Positions 24,158-37,110 of a stretch of 48,847 nucleotides of DNA are shown piece after piece. The stretch is from Girardia tigrina (taxonomy: Eukaryota): NCBI GenBank assembly GCA_001938485.1, contig MQRK01170520.1:53602-102448 (forward strand), in the 5' to 3' direction. A program made the position numbers and the translations under genes. Below the pieces are notes generated by a model that did not search any database, was not told where the DNA came from, and saw nothing but the letters and a program-made list of their open reading frames with translations. Numbering within the stretch: the first letter of the stretch is position 1; each line of letters starts with the position of its first letter.

Positions 24158-26750
24158 TCAAGTATTATTTGTTGAAAATATTTAATTAGTTATTACGCAA
24201 ATTGTTTGCATAATCATCAATTTGCTATATATAAGACAGTAAAATTGTTGTTAATTCAGCCTGAAGATGGTGAAAAATCCCCTGAAATATATTGCGACAA
24301 TAAAATTTGATTTTAATGGCGTTCTTGATTTTAATAAAAATTTGCCATTATTTTTCAAATTTCTTATTAAGAATTATCCTAATGGAATGCAGCCTTTCAA
24401 GAGATATATGAAAAGCGTGAATTCTCTTAAAAAAAGAAGCGGATTTATATTTTCTTGAAACGTGCCAATAAGAAAAAATGATACCATTAATTTTTAAATC
24501 AAAATTACATGATTGCTTATTGTCGGAGGATATTAGAAGAATTCACAGAAAAATTCTGAGAAGAATGATGGAGAAAGAAAAGAAACACAGAATTCAACTG
24601 ATGAATGAATTTACAATAGTTGAAGCTGGTCTTAGAAATGTAAGTGATGATTATTGCTTTCAATTGTGTAAAGAATTTTCTCATAGTATTTCCGACAAAT
24701 TAATTAATGATAAAATTACTGCACAAGATAAAAAAACTTAACAATTTAAGAAAATTATGTAGAAAATACCGTTTTAAATTTAAGTAAAATTGTTTTACCT
24801 AAAGGTGAATTGGATTTACTAAAATTTGGTCCAAAGCATGGAATTCGAAAGAAATTAGATAGATTTAAGTTCCAATCGTCTGTTGAATCTATATATAATT
24901 ATTATTTAAATTTTAATGAAGTTAATAATATTGATAATTTAAAAAACACGCTTTTTAATAGTACATCAGATTATTTAAACAAAAAACAGTGTCAGATTTT
25001 TCTATTTTAAAAAACCTGTCAAAAAAAGTAATTAGTGTTTATAAATTTGATACAGGTAATGGTTTCGTTGTTTTGGATAAATCTGATTATCTTAAAAAGC
25101 TTCATGAAGTGTTAGAAAGTCCACAATTCAAAAAATTAGATACTTTTCGAAAAAATGGGAAACTTCCACCATAGAAAGATGAGGAATTTCTACGTTCTCT
25201 TTTGAGTAAACTTTGTAAAAACAGTCACATGGATAAGAAGTTAGAAAAACTTTTATGTCCAACTGGTTCACAGCTTGCTAAACTTTATGGTCTTCCTAAG
25301 GTACATAAGGATGGTTTTCCAGTGAGACATGTTTTATCGATGATTCAAACGTCTCAATACTGTATTGCAAAATTTTTGGATTCAAAATTAAAACGTTTGA
25401 TTTCCTCTGAGTTCCAGTGTAAGGAAAGCTTTGAATTAGTTGAATTTATTTCAAACTTTGATTTGGGTAATAAAAATGAATTCATGGTTTCTTTTGCAAG
25501 TCTCTTCACCAATTTCCCATTGATGGAAAAAATTGATCTGTGTTGTGATCTCTGGAAATGTAATAGTGGTGACCATGATAGTCTTGATGAGTTTGCTTTT
25601 TGTGAATTAACTACGTTTACAACATAAAATGTTCATTTTTTGTTTAACGATAATTGGTATAAACAGGTAGATGGTGATGCCATGGGTTCCCCTTTGGCAC
25701 CAATACTTGCATCTATTTTTCTGCCTAACATTGAAAATAAAATTCATTTGTTTACGGGCAGTAGATTTTTAGCTTATAAACGATATGTTGATGATATTTT
25801 TCTTGTTTTCAAAGAGCGTGAAAATATGTTGCCGTTTTTATCTTATATGAATTCCATTGATTCTAATATTGTTTTCATGGCAGAGTTTGAGAAGAATGGT
25901 GTTTTACCATTTTTAGATTTGTTAATTGAGAGAAAAGGGAGTCCTTAGAAGACAGAGATTGATAGAAAGAAAACAGAGACAGGGTTCTATACTACTACTA
26001 AAAGCTTCTGCGAACCTAAGTATAATAGAAGTATGATAAAAGGTTTGATATTTAGGTGTTGGTCTCTATCATCAACATATGAAAAAAAGATGCAAGCATA
26101 AATAAACTAACAGAACTATTGAAGAAAAATGGCTATTCGAAATCATTTTTAGAGAAACTAATTAATGAGACGATATATAAATTAATGAATAAAGAACATG
26201 AGGTTAAAGACGAATTAAAACCCGATAAATTATCCAATGAAAATTCTAATATTAGATATACGCTAATCGTTCCTTATTCAGAAGGTTACAAAAAATTTAA
26301 ATCGTCTATTTTAAAATCAATCGATAGTAAAAATTTTAATTTAAAAATCATTTCTAAATCTTACAAAATTCAAAGTATGTTCAGCAATAAATCTCGTACT
26401 CCTTTGAGTTTATGTTCCAATCTGGTGTATCAATTTTTGTGTAATGGGTGCAACGCCACATACATTGGGGAGACGTTTCGTCATCTCTGTAAACGGATTC
26501 AGGAACATGGACGATTGGGTAATGGGAATAATATTGCTAGACATATGAAGGTTTGTAAATCAGAGATGAAAACAACTAATTTTAAAATATTGTGCAGTAA
26601 TTTTAAAAATTATTGGGAAATAGTTAATGTGTGGTATTATTGATTAAATCACTTAATCCGTCCAATAATGTCCAAACAAGTCTCTTCCAATTTGTTGAAA
26701 ATATTTAATTAGTTATTACGCAATTTTTTTTTCAATTTGCTATAAGACAC
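24158..26750 (+). mobile_element. Penelope-like retroelement (RT + GIY-YIG endonuclease), near full-length, disrupted ORF about 24317-26711, direct pseudo-LTRs
   Basis: KLYGLPKVHK, SLFTNFP, YKQVDGDAMGSPLAP, YKRYVDDIF, LPFLDLLI, NLVYQFLCNGCNATYIGETFRHLCKRIQEH. Direct repeat TTTGTTGAAAATATTTAATTAGTTATTACGCAA at about 24168 and 26691. Confidence 0.95.
24244..24301 (+). ncRNA. Minimal type I hammerhead ribozyme in the Penelope 5' pLTR
   Basis: ATTGTT..GC-CTGAAGA-TGGTGAAAAATCCCCT-GAAA-TATA-TT-GC-GACAAT: intact CUGANGA and GAAA cores, palindromic stem III, imperfect stem II. Confidence 0.7.
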
Positions 26751-27888
26751 GAACTTACATTTGAGTGGGAAAATCACAATTCTAAGTTTAGAATACTAAA
26801 ATCAACGTACCACATACATACACAATTTAAATATTCATCATATGAATTACGTCTCATGTGATTCACTTTGATGAAAAAGAATATGACCACATTAAATCAC
26901 GAGAAAAAAATCAGTGAAAGAAGCAATCACTAACTTCAAGTTATGTAAGACTCCAATACAGCAAAACGTTTAGTTGAGCTCTTGAGTAACTAGTTGTTAC
27001 ATGTACTTGCAAGAAGAAATCCAAACGCTATCCTATATATTTTTTTGAGAAAATGCTAAACATTTTGATCTACAATTAGTATGTCTGGTGACTGGTGTGA
27101 ATCCGAATTGGAACAACTAACTTACAAAGACAATATTTTCAGAAGAATTAAGAAAAGCACTAAAAAGTCGAGAATATACCAAGCCAATGGAGAAGTTTGC
27201 AACCTGATTGTAAAAGTTCAATGTGAGAAAAATTCAAAAAAGCTGTCAACAATTGCACAGCAACCTGTTAAATGGGAACATTGAAAATTTATTCCACCAA
27301 ATTATGACAAAAAACATTTTTTATTAACTAAATGTATGTAATATACTTCAGTGTATTAACCACATAAAATTATTTTGTCCGAATTTCACTCCAAAATGCT
27401 TTTCAAAAATTTCTTATTTTTATAAGATTTTTAAAAATCTCTAGAACAGTTCAGTTGAGTTAAAATGTTACAAATATTTGTCACGAAATTCACAATCAAC
27501 ATAATAAATATTGCAATAATTACTATTTCTATAAATACATACATAATACGTTCACATGGAATACAACTGCTGATCTCATCCTAAGAGAGTTGTGATTTTG
27601 CAGATCTGATCATATTTAAATCTGATCATATATAAATAAGTGAAATAAATATATTATTTTTTTCATATTTCAAATAATCCTATAAGTATTTTAACTTTTA
27701 AATCAAGAAGTCTTTTGGTAAAAAAAATGTACAGTCATGGAAATGAAATTAATTTTACGAAACATATTTAAATATTTCTAGATATTTAGAGGTTATTTTA
27801 ACAATGCAATGACACGCGACTTATGTAATAATGATGACATAAATATTACATTTTCTGAATATCAGTGTAAAACAAGTTAATAAATATA

Positions 27889-28146
27889 CAAGGTGGCTCA
27901 ATGGGTACGCATGCACTAATTTTCACATATTCAGAATCTAATCATCAAGACAAACCTTTTGGTATACAACATGTGGGGTCTAAAAGTTTTGCATCATTGC
28001 ATAATTACACAATAAAGGTCAAATTACGTAACTTCGAATTTTGTAATAACATTGGTCTCATGTTGTGGATCTTTTTTTGCTGATTAACAATATGCGATTT
28101 ATTTTGCAATATCTTTTATCGTTATCAAATTTTTAAATGATCGTTA

Positions 28147-28184
<38 letters not shown>

Positions 28185-28234
28185 NNNNNNNNNNNNNNNN
28201 NNNNNNNNNNNNNNNNNNNNNNNNNNNNNNNNNN

Positions 28235-28298
<64 letters not shown>

Positions 28299-29791
28299 AC
28301 TGATTAATATCCTGTTCGTGTATTGTAACTTCCTTGTCTCCTCTCACTTTCTAGTTTGTTCTCAGACTGTTAAAGTACCTTTTTCTTTATTTTTCTTTAA
28401 TTATTTTATATTAATTAAATTTAAAAGTGAATTTTTCTATTTTATCAAATTAAAATGAGTAAATATAGTGTCCAGCAACGTGTCTTCATGGTTCTAAAAT
28501 ATCAAAAACTACAATCTGCATCGGAAGTGGTAAAAGAATTTAGAAAAAAAATTGTATCTCACTACAAAAGCTGTCAACTACTTCAACTGTTAAACGTGCT
28601 TACAACATATTTAAAGACGTTGGAACAGTTCTCGACAATATTGAAGAAATGAAGACAAAGGAAAAAACAATGTGAATCGAAGAAAATATCGAAAAAGTGC
28701 AAAATTACTTTCAAGAACATCCTCAATCAAGTGAACTTCAAGCATCTCGTGCTTTGAACATTAAAAGAACTTTTCAACTGCGCATTATGAAGAAAGACAT
28801 TGGTTTGTTTCCATACAAGATTCAAATTAATCAATCGATAAGTAAACGAGCAGGTAGTCAGCGTTTGGAATTTGTAAATAGGATGATGACGTTGAAAGAT
28901 AACGGAGAAATCGATTTTAATAATATATGGTTCTCGGACGTAGCGCATTTCCACCTTCAAGGATATGTAAACAAACAAAATTGGCGATTTTGAGGCACAG
29001 AAAGTCTTCATCACTGCAAAGTTAAACTACTTCATCCTAAAAGATTGACAGTTTGGTGTACCATTTCATTGATTATAAGACAAATATTCATTGAACAAAA
29101 CATCAATGGTAAACTTTATCATGACATTTTAAAAGAACACATCATTCCTTATATGGTTCAATCTTATCAACTCAACAATTTTTGGTTCATGCAAGATGGA
29201 TATCTTCAAATTACTTTCCGAACATTTCGATGATCGAATAATTAGTTTGGACTCACAAGCAAAGGCAGGAAAAGGATTTGATTGGCCACCGTACTCGCTG
29301 AATTTGAACCCATGTGATTATTTTCTTTGGGGATATTTGAAAGATAAAGTTTATCGCAGTGAACCAGTATCATTGGACGAACTTAAATTGGCCATAGAAC
29401 GCGAAGTTAGAAATATTGATCAAGAAATAATTGCGAAAACTATTGGAAATTTTGAATACCGTCTTCAACACGTTATAACAGCAAGTGGAGAACATTTCGA
29501 AAACCTCGTTTATTGAAAATGTATTTGATTTTATCGTTTTAATAATCTTTAATTAATTAAATAATATTTATTCAATAAAAATTTTAAATTTTTAAAAATT
29601 TAAAAAAAAGATCCACAATATGAGACCAATTTTATTACGAAATTCGAAATTGGGTAATTTGACCTTTATTGTATAATTACGCAATGATGCGAAACTTTTA
29701 GACCCCATATTTTATGTACCAAAATGTTCTTCTTGGTGATTAAATACTGAATATGTAAAAAATAGTACATGCGTACCCATTGGCCACCCTG
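27889..29791 (+). mobile_element. Tc1/mariner element of rosa/DD41D-like type with long (~190 bp) TIRs; transposase pseudogene 28455-29516
   Basis: TA-CAAGGTGGC...GTGGATCTTTTTTT mirrored by AAAAAAAGATCCAC...GCCACCCTG-TA. Motifs FSDVAHFHLQGYVNKQNWRF, FMQDG, WPPYSLNLNPCDYFLWGYLKDKVY. Contains a (TA)n run and an N-gap. Confidence 0.92.
28151..28288. repeat. (TA)n microsatellite spanning an assembly gap (N 28185-28234)
   Basis: Direct reading. Confidence 0.98.
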
Positions 29792-29882
29792 TACATGATG
29801 TGATAATTTAAGAACTCGTTTTAACAAAAGAAAAAAAATAAATATATAAAATAAATTTTAATTTAACGAAACTATATAACAA

Positions 29883-30341
29883 CTAGTAAATAACCCGTCA
29901 TTTATGACGGATATAATTATATAGAGTTAAAATTTCAAATAAATTTTCAAAAGACATTTTTTTTAAAAAATTCATTTGTTTTCCACATTTAATCATTAGA
30001 AATAAGTGTCTTCACAAAATTTCTTTATAAACTATATTTTTGGTAAATACTCGTTCATTATTCAGTAAATTACCCTTTTTAGAAGTTGCCATTGTTGAAA
30101 ATCCTACCGAAAAATATAATGAATGAAAAATGTTGAATTCCAAAAGGCCAACCCAAAATTTGCTTAAAAAGTCAAAATTAAGAATGCTCATATTATCTAC
30201 TTACAATTGTAAGTGAATAATTCTGCTAATAATAATTTTCCATATGAATTATTATTAATATAAATATCTACTTACAATTGTAAGTAGATAATATGAGCGT
30301 TAGTGAAGCAGTGAGTGACTTGGGCTTTTATATATATATAT
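29883..30341 (-). mobile_element. Non-autonomous Helitron (longer copy)
   Basis: Minus-strand hairpin CCGTCA-taaa-TGACGG then CTAG|T; 5' TATATATAAAAGCCCAAGTCACTCAC; shares the ATCTACTTACAATTGTAAGTAGAT palindrome with 5756-5990. Confidence 0.75.
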
Positions 30342-32033
30342 AATAACAATATAATAAACTAACAAAAGATAATAAAAGAAAATTGATATAAAATCTCGAT
30401 AATTTGAGTTGTATTTCATATAATTATTGAAGAGATAATTGTGCGGATTGTCGACGACATTTGAAAAGACGCGGGGCGGAGGTAAAATAATTTGTATTGT
30501 AATTGCAAATATTGATTTAATTCGAGAGAGAATTTTCGAATAAGAATCGATTGTTAGATTTTGTTGAATTATTGTTATTGTTGTAGTAGTTCGTGACAAC
30601 GGCCGATGATGAAGAGTGAGGATGGGAATTTGTGAATTGAAATAGTGATTGAAAGGGAGATTTTTGTGCTAGCGATTTGTTGTTGAATAATCCTTTTTGT
30701 TGATTATTTTACAATTAGATATCATTTCTTTCTTCGACATACACAAATAGTATTTTCGGTTTGCGACAAAAGATCACGATAAATCCGAGAATCGTTTCCA
30801 TAGTCGCTTATAGTTTAACGGTATCATATTTGCATTCCGTTATTTAGTGTTGAAAAATGGTAGCAAGAATAATGAGGAAATGTTTTAAAACATTTAAAGT
30901 TTTCCTTGAAACAGATAACATAGTAAGAAAGAAAACTTTTAATAAGTGTTCTGAAGTTATTATTTTATATAAAAGAGGTAAGTATGAATGCTGTTGATAT
31001 GAGAACTGTGGATAAAAACAAAATAGACTGTATAATTGGTCTTAATCCTTTCGAAATCCTTTAAATAAATCAAGAGAAAAATGACTTTGACGTGAAGATT
31101 CATTTTTTAATTCATCAATAAAATTTATTTCTTTCTTATAAATTACATTCATGAAAGAGCTGAAAGATATTTTAAATTATTAGGAAAAAGTCTAAGAAAA
31201 TCCTCAAAATCGTGTAATATAAAGGAACACACATCGATGGCCCCTAGTTACTAAAGAAATTGTGTGAACTATTTATCGAAAATATTATAACGATTATAGT
31301 TTACAAACTTCAGAATACTTATTCGGCTCATTTTGTTTTCTTTACTTTATATTATATTGGATAGCGGTTTTTGTACCTTTTATTCGAGATTTATCATTAA
31401 AATGAAACTTGGAATTCGAAGTTTCACTTTCTTTTCATTTAAGTCGGACAAAATAAACACCCAAAAATAATTTGTTAAACTTTACAAAAGTACTTCTTCC
31501 AAGCTTATACTTTATAAAACGTTTCCTCTCTATTCTATTTAAAACTCCTTAATTCGACAGCTCTTTGAAATCAAAAAAAGAAAAAAGAAATTAATGTTAG
31601 AAATTATTTAATGTTAAATTTACACTATAACTAATTTCCCAATAATTCCGGTTTTCGCTATGTCTTTCTGCTTCTTTTGTTATTTATACTATTTCGTTTG
31701 TAAGTTTATACAATATTTTATACAATGAAGTTGAAAATCTACTTGGACGAATAGTCTCGACTTTATTATAATACTAATATAATATAATAATTATAAAAAA
31801 TATATAAAATAATTAAATAAATGTCAAGCGTAATAATTTTCTCATTTAAATATTAAGATAATAATAAAAACCTAAATTAAACAGAACTATAAAATCGAAA
31901 ACCATAGACGCAGAAACAAACGGAATAAAACACCAACATTAAATGAAATTGATCGGGCATTATTTTGACTAAAATATAAATGAGAATCCCAGTAGTCAAA
32001 TAAATAAATAATTATGAAAAATTATTTAATAAC

Positions 32034-32175
32034 CTGATGACACTTTTTTCCCGCCACGAATACCGATGGGACTTGGTGTACTTGATTTAGCATTCAGATT
32101 TGGTTTAACAATTTTTGGGCCCTTTTTGTAAGAATAATTATTTAATGACGACGCACTATTCGAAACATTGAGATC
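32034..32175 (-). CDS. APC: APC short exon (DLNVSNSASSLNNYSYKKGPKIVKPNLNAKSSTPSPIGIRGGKKVSS); not in ORF track
   Basis: Acceptor accag|GAT after a 55-nt intron; 142 nt; donor TCA G|gttatt (phase 1). KGPKIVKP...GIRGGKKV resembles vertebrate APC KGPRILKP...GIKGGKKV. Confidence 0.88.
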
Positions 32176-32230
32176 CTGGTTGTAATTTTTGAAAAATTAT
32201 TTATAACATGTTAAAAATTTGTAAACCAAC

Positions 32231-32344
32231 CAAATGAAGACTGTCTGAACTTCCTGATTGTGGAATAATAGTCAAAGAACTAGTATTCCCTTTAGGATTA
32301 TCATCCATTTCTAAAGACATGAAATTGAGACTCGCCAAAACGGC
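32231..32344 (-). CDS. APC: APC short exon (AVLASLNFMSLEMDDNPKGNTSSLTIIPQSGSSDSLHL); not in ORF track
   Basis: Acceptor tctag|GCC; 114 nt open; donor TTG|gttggt. The junction IMKDGAQ|AVLASL resembles vertebrate APC IQEGANSIVSSL. Confidence 0.85.
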
Positions 32345-33084
32345 CTAGATTTACAAAAGAAAATCTATTAAAATTAAAATTTAAATATTTCTGAAATAAA
32401 GTTGTTATTAAAATCAAATAAAACAATTTTTAATTATGTACATTAAATAGTTAGAATTAATTTATTATTATTTGATAGCTGTTCCAAATTCATTAACCAT
32501 TTTCAATATGGTGTCCTCATTTTCGAAGACGTTATCATGATGATTAGTTTTCCGAAACAGTGATGATTATAAAATCTTTTACTTTTTAAATGTTAAAACA
32601 CAAAAAAATAAATATTTTAATCCTAACAAATCTTAATTTCATATGAAAATGTCTCAGTTCAATTTACAACTATTATTAACTTTATAATTTGACACTTAAC
32701 TTTTTTTATTTATATTTATAAATCTTATAAAACAATAAATTTTAAAAAATGATTCCTGAATAATTTAAATAATAATTATTTAGAAATTTTATTTAAAAAA
32801 ATATTATGTCATTATTGAAACTAAATCATTTGTCTGTTTTTGTCAAATTTAGGTAACATTATCGAACGTTTGGATGCTCTAAAATATTTTCTTTTTATTC
32901 TGTGTTTTCTACACTTGATTATTTACAAATAAATGTCAATCAATCAGTGTCAGTTGAAAGACTTTCATTAAAAATGTTTATATGAATTCAATTTGATTTA
33001 CTAGATACAAAATACTACATTATTCCGGTTGTAAGAAAACTTGTTTAAATTTAATTTAATTTAAAATTCAAAAGCCAATTAAAA

Positions 33085-33127
33085 TTGTTTATTAATTGTG
33101 ATGGATTAACCATCATCTTCAGAACAA
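33085..33127 (-). ncRNA. Hammerhead ribozyme motif (perfect stems, GAAA changed to ACAA)
   Basis: TTGTT-CTGAAGA-T-GATGG ttaat CCATC-ACAA-TTAA-TA-AACAA on the minus strand. Confidence 0.65.
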
Positions 33128-33369
33128 CTGATTTTTTAAAATGTACTCATATTCTGTCGGTAATGATTATGTAATCAACACGTCACAATAAATCATTTAA
33201 AACCCCTCAATAAAGTTGTCGAGAGTTCATTTTGAACGTTAGATCCAAAGATCTTATATACAACGCTTCACATGTCACTCTCCCAATAATTCTTAAATTG
33301 AGTGCACAGAATGTTAAAGTTATAGGTGTTTATAATTATTACCGGCAGTACATTTCTTTTTTTAATTAG

Positions 33370-33412
33370 TTGTTCTGAAGATGACGGTTTATCCATCGAA
33401 ATTAATAAAAAA
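33370..33412 (+). ncRNA. Hammerhead ribozyme motif (intact core, one mismatch in each of stems I and II)
   Basis: TTGTT-CTGAAGA-T-GACGG tttat CCATC-GAAA-TTAA-TA-AAAAA. Confidence 0.7.
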
Positions 33413-34394
33413 TTTCAATTGGCTTTTAAATTTAATTTCAATGACTTGCCATTTTCTTCAAATTTATTTTTTATTAGTTTTAGCTGTACAGTTCTATAAC
33501 AATTTTAGAAAAGTTTAATTATTTTTTTATGTTATTTTTTATTTTTTTTATTCTTATCAATGTTTCCTCACTTTTGTACATCAATAAATTTTATATAATG
33601 CCAACGAAATCGTAACATTCTTAAAAAAAATTGGTTGCTTCAGAGTTAATAGATCCTAAACTAAATAATCTGAAAGGACAACACATCAATCACCTTCTGG
33701 TTCGAGATGGCATCATTTTAATACATATTACAGAAAAAAAATTATTCAACAATATTCTTTATATCCCATAAAGGAAAATTGATCAAGGGACACGTATTTT
33801 CATTTTTAAAAGCAAACAAAATTTATGAAAATGGTAAATTGTACTTCGAATAAAATGATTCCTAACTTACATATTCATATGTTAACATCTTTCCGAAGGT
33901 TCAAAAAAATAATTTTAAGCAAACAAATTAATTTGCAATAAAGTACTTGAGATTTAGATTGTTTCGGGGGAAATTTTCATAATTGTATTTTGAATCAAGA
34001 TCATATCTATTAAGAACATTCAGACAAATCTCGTTTGAATTTTTATTACAATCACATTTAGAGTTATTATGACTCAGAAAGTCTTTCATCGTTTGTCATC
34101 ATTCTAATTGGTTTTATTATTTCTATTTTTAATCATGATTATTCGAACAATTTTTCTAAGTCATTTTTAAAAATGTTTTAACTTCTAAAAATTATTAATT
34201 AAAAATAATAATTTTTACCATTTCTCAAGAAATCCCAAAATAACAAAAATGTCATCAAATTATTAAAAATGCCTTTCATTTAAATTTTACTAAAAATATT
34301 AAACTTAATTTTAATTGTTAAATTAAAAAATATGAACTTATAAAATGATTATTTTATGCTTGTTCGAATAGTCAATCACTTTAAATTTAAATAA

Positions 34395-35160
34395 AAATAC
34401 CATTTTCCATCTGGGTGGGAGAATCAACATTCTAAATTCAACATACAACATCAATACATTTACAAATTCAAACAATTTAAAATATTTCTCACAATATCAA
34501 AAACAAGTAAACTGAGAGGCCCAGAAGATTGATGCTATCAGCTTCCAACGTTACAATGTTTATTAAATTAGGATTACAGTTTTATTGATAAGACTCCTTT
34601 AAATCAACTGAGAGATGGAATTGAAAAATTTTATTCTCTGATAAATTTGTAATTCTGAATAAATTTACCGTGAACAGAACCTAACTTTACTTACATATAT
34701 ACTTATTTGTCATCTCTTACGTCTATTAACAACATTAATAAGATTTTGTAAACATTTATTATCATCACAAGTAGAATTGACATGACAATAATTATTCAAA
34801 CCGCCTTCACTATTCGACATTTTTCTTGATAAATATATTTCTAAATTCATACTAATTTTTTTCAATAAATGAAAGATATTTATTAATTATAAAGATTCTA
34901 ATTGGTTAATATTAAATCTAAATATTTTTAAAAAAGTACCAATTAAATTAATATATCAAATTATAAATTATATTAGACATTAAATATTACATTCGAAAAT
35001 TATTTTAAATCTTTTTACTTTAAAATTAAATTAAATTATTTTTAATTAGTAGGAAGTAAAGAAAATACCAATCGGCCATCTATGTAGGAGAGATACAATC
35101 CGAATCAACATACAACATGCACATTATCAACAAACAATTCAAAACATTCCTCACACTTAT
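34395..35160 (-). repeat. Dispersed Cys-rich coding-like repeat (copy B 34700-35160, partial copy C 34395-34500)
   Basis: Inverted homology to 11590-12050; a further diverged unit at 34395-34500. Confidence 0.65.
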
Positions 35161-35380
35161 GAATACTTTAACAACGATTCCCTGGATTGCTTCTTTGATC
35201 TGTGTCACTTCGAAGAACCGTTTGCAATCGCCAATAAAAGCATCGATACCTTCTTTACTGCAGAATGTATTTGGAGCTACTTTAGTTTTTTTACAGAAAC
35301 TTTTGCTGAAATGTTTCAAATTCGCATGTGCATATAAAATTTACTTTTACAAGGAAAGTGATATTAAAAGATAGTAACAG
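35161..35380. mobile_element. Short relics: gag-like fragment (minus, 35161-35285) abutting a Tc1 subterminal fragment (35280-35380)
   Basis: APNTFCSKEGIDAFIGDCKRFFE resembles a Gypsy gag N-terminus (weak). 35280-35380 matches 22797-22900. Confidence 0.5.
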
Positions 35381-36502
35381 CATAGACAGTAACAACAAAG
35401 ACAGTAAGACATTAAAAAGTAAGACATATTCAAAACCTTTCTCAATTGCAAAATGAACTAAAAATAAACTTAAATCATATTATGAAATAAATATTTTCCA
35501 CATTATAAACATCAGCAATCGAAATGTATACTTAAAAAAAGTTTTTAGAGGGAAATTTTAGTTTGAACACTCATAATAAAACAGATGATTTTCGTAAAAT
35601 GTTTTTCTAAATATTTCTTTTAAATTTCAATCTGAAATTTTAAAATGCTATAGTAAAAATTATTTTATGCACAAAACTACAAAAAAATATTCCCATATGT
35701 AAATTAATAAAAAATATTTATAATTTTAATATGGCACTATATAAATTGTATTTAAAAAGCTAAGAATTGAAAATCAATAAAGATAAATTTAAACTAAATA
35801 ATTCCAAATATTGATCTTCAATAATATGGATTAGTAAAAAAATAAATAAATAGATAATTCAAAAATAACAACTAAAGATTAGTTTTTTCTTTACAGTTCA
35901 ATAGTTATGTACATAATCATAATTATTTATTATTATATTTTTAAAAAAGATAATGATAAGTTTGTTACGGTACACTATATGTATTTGATTCCAATTGTAC
36001 TGAGTTAGTTAAAGCTTTTTTTCAGTATTTTAAAAATAAACCAGTAAATTAAAAAAAATTATAACCATTTTTTATGAAGGCAGAACTCTACCTTGCAAAC
36101 AAAAATTTAATTAAAAAAATATATTCAAAAAAAACAATAAAAATTAAAAATTTCTGTTGGCCAAGCAGAGTTTTGCCCGTATAAAGCATGTGTAAAAAAA
36201 TATTTTTTGATTTACTAGTTAGACTTAAAATTGGTTTACTGGACTTTATTTATTTTTTTATTTACTTTTTGCGTAATATAAATTACTTATAAATTATAAG
36301 TGGATCTTTTTATGCTAATATTGTTCAGGAATTCAGAGGGGGCCGTTTTGTTCCAATTTTGAGACCTTAAAAACTTTTTGATCAAAATTTCACATTATCA
36401 TTTATTGACTTCGAAAATGAGTAAGTGTACAAAGTTTGGCGAAAATTGATTGAGAAAAATTGATTTTGAAATGCCTTCAAAATAGGTTACTAAATTCAAT
36501 GA

Positions 36503-36586
36503 ATATATATATATATATATATANNNNNNNNNNNNNNNNNNNNNNNNNNNNNNNNNNNNNNNNNNNNNNNNNNATATATATATATA
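36503..36586. repeat. (TA)n microsatellite spanning an assembly gap (N 36524-36573)
   Basis: Direct reading. Confidence 0.98.
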
Positions 36587-37110
36587 GAAAGCAAGTTAAT
36601 AAAAAGAATGGAAAAAGGAATTTAACTACTGTTTAGAAAAATATTAAATTTTGAATAATAAAGTAATATTGATTCATATTTAAATACAAAAAAATTAAGC
36701 TTGGTTTAAATTGTGTACTTGGGTCAATAAACTTGAAAATTCTCGTATTAAATTTTTTTAAATGTTGAATTATTATTAATTAAATCTCGGGGTGTCATCA
36801 ATTCTTATCAAATTGCAATCTATTAATCAAATTATAAAAGTTGCTAATGTTTTTGTTCTGCCAAATCTTGTGTATTTCTGATCCTTCCATTAGTTTGGTT
36901 AATTATATTATAATACTTTTTTCTTGTTACAAGCATATTATCTCTATTATAAACATATTATATTATTCCTTGCATTTTTGACCTTCAATATCTTAAAAAA
37001 AGTAGCACAGTGTACAGCATGGCGAGAGGTTTTATATTGAATAAAAACAAAACAATTAATCTACATTGACGCAACCAGGAGAAAATGGTTGCCGAAACAT
37101 CGTAGGAGAC

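Larger units (their letters stand above)
33055..33480. mobile_element. Truncated Penelope-like element with inverted pLTRs
   Basis: Minus strand 33315-33195 reads ILCTQFKNYWE/VTCEALYIRSLD/NVQNELSTTLLRGFK* (PLE ORF end). 33060-33170 and 33330-33435 are inverted copies of each other. Confidence 0.8.

Noticed and set aside
34515-34560. Possible fifth hammerhead (CAGAAGA-TTGATGCTATCAG)
   Set aside because: Both cores are non-canonical and there is no PLE context.
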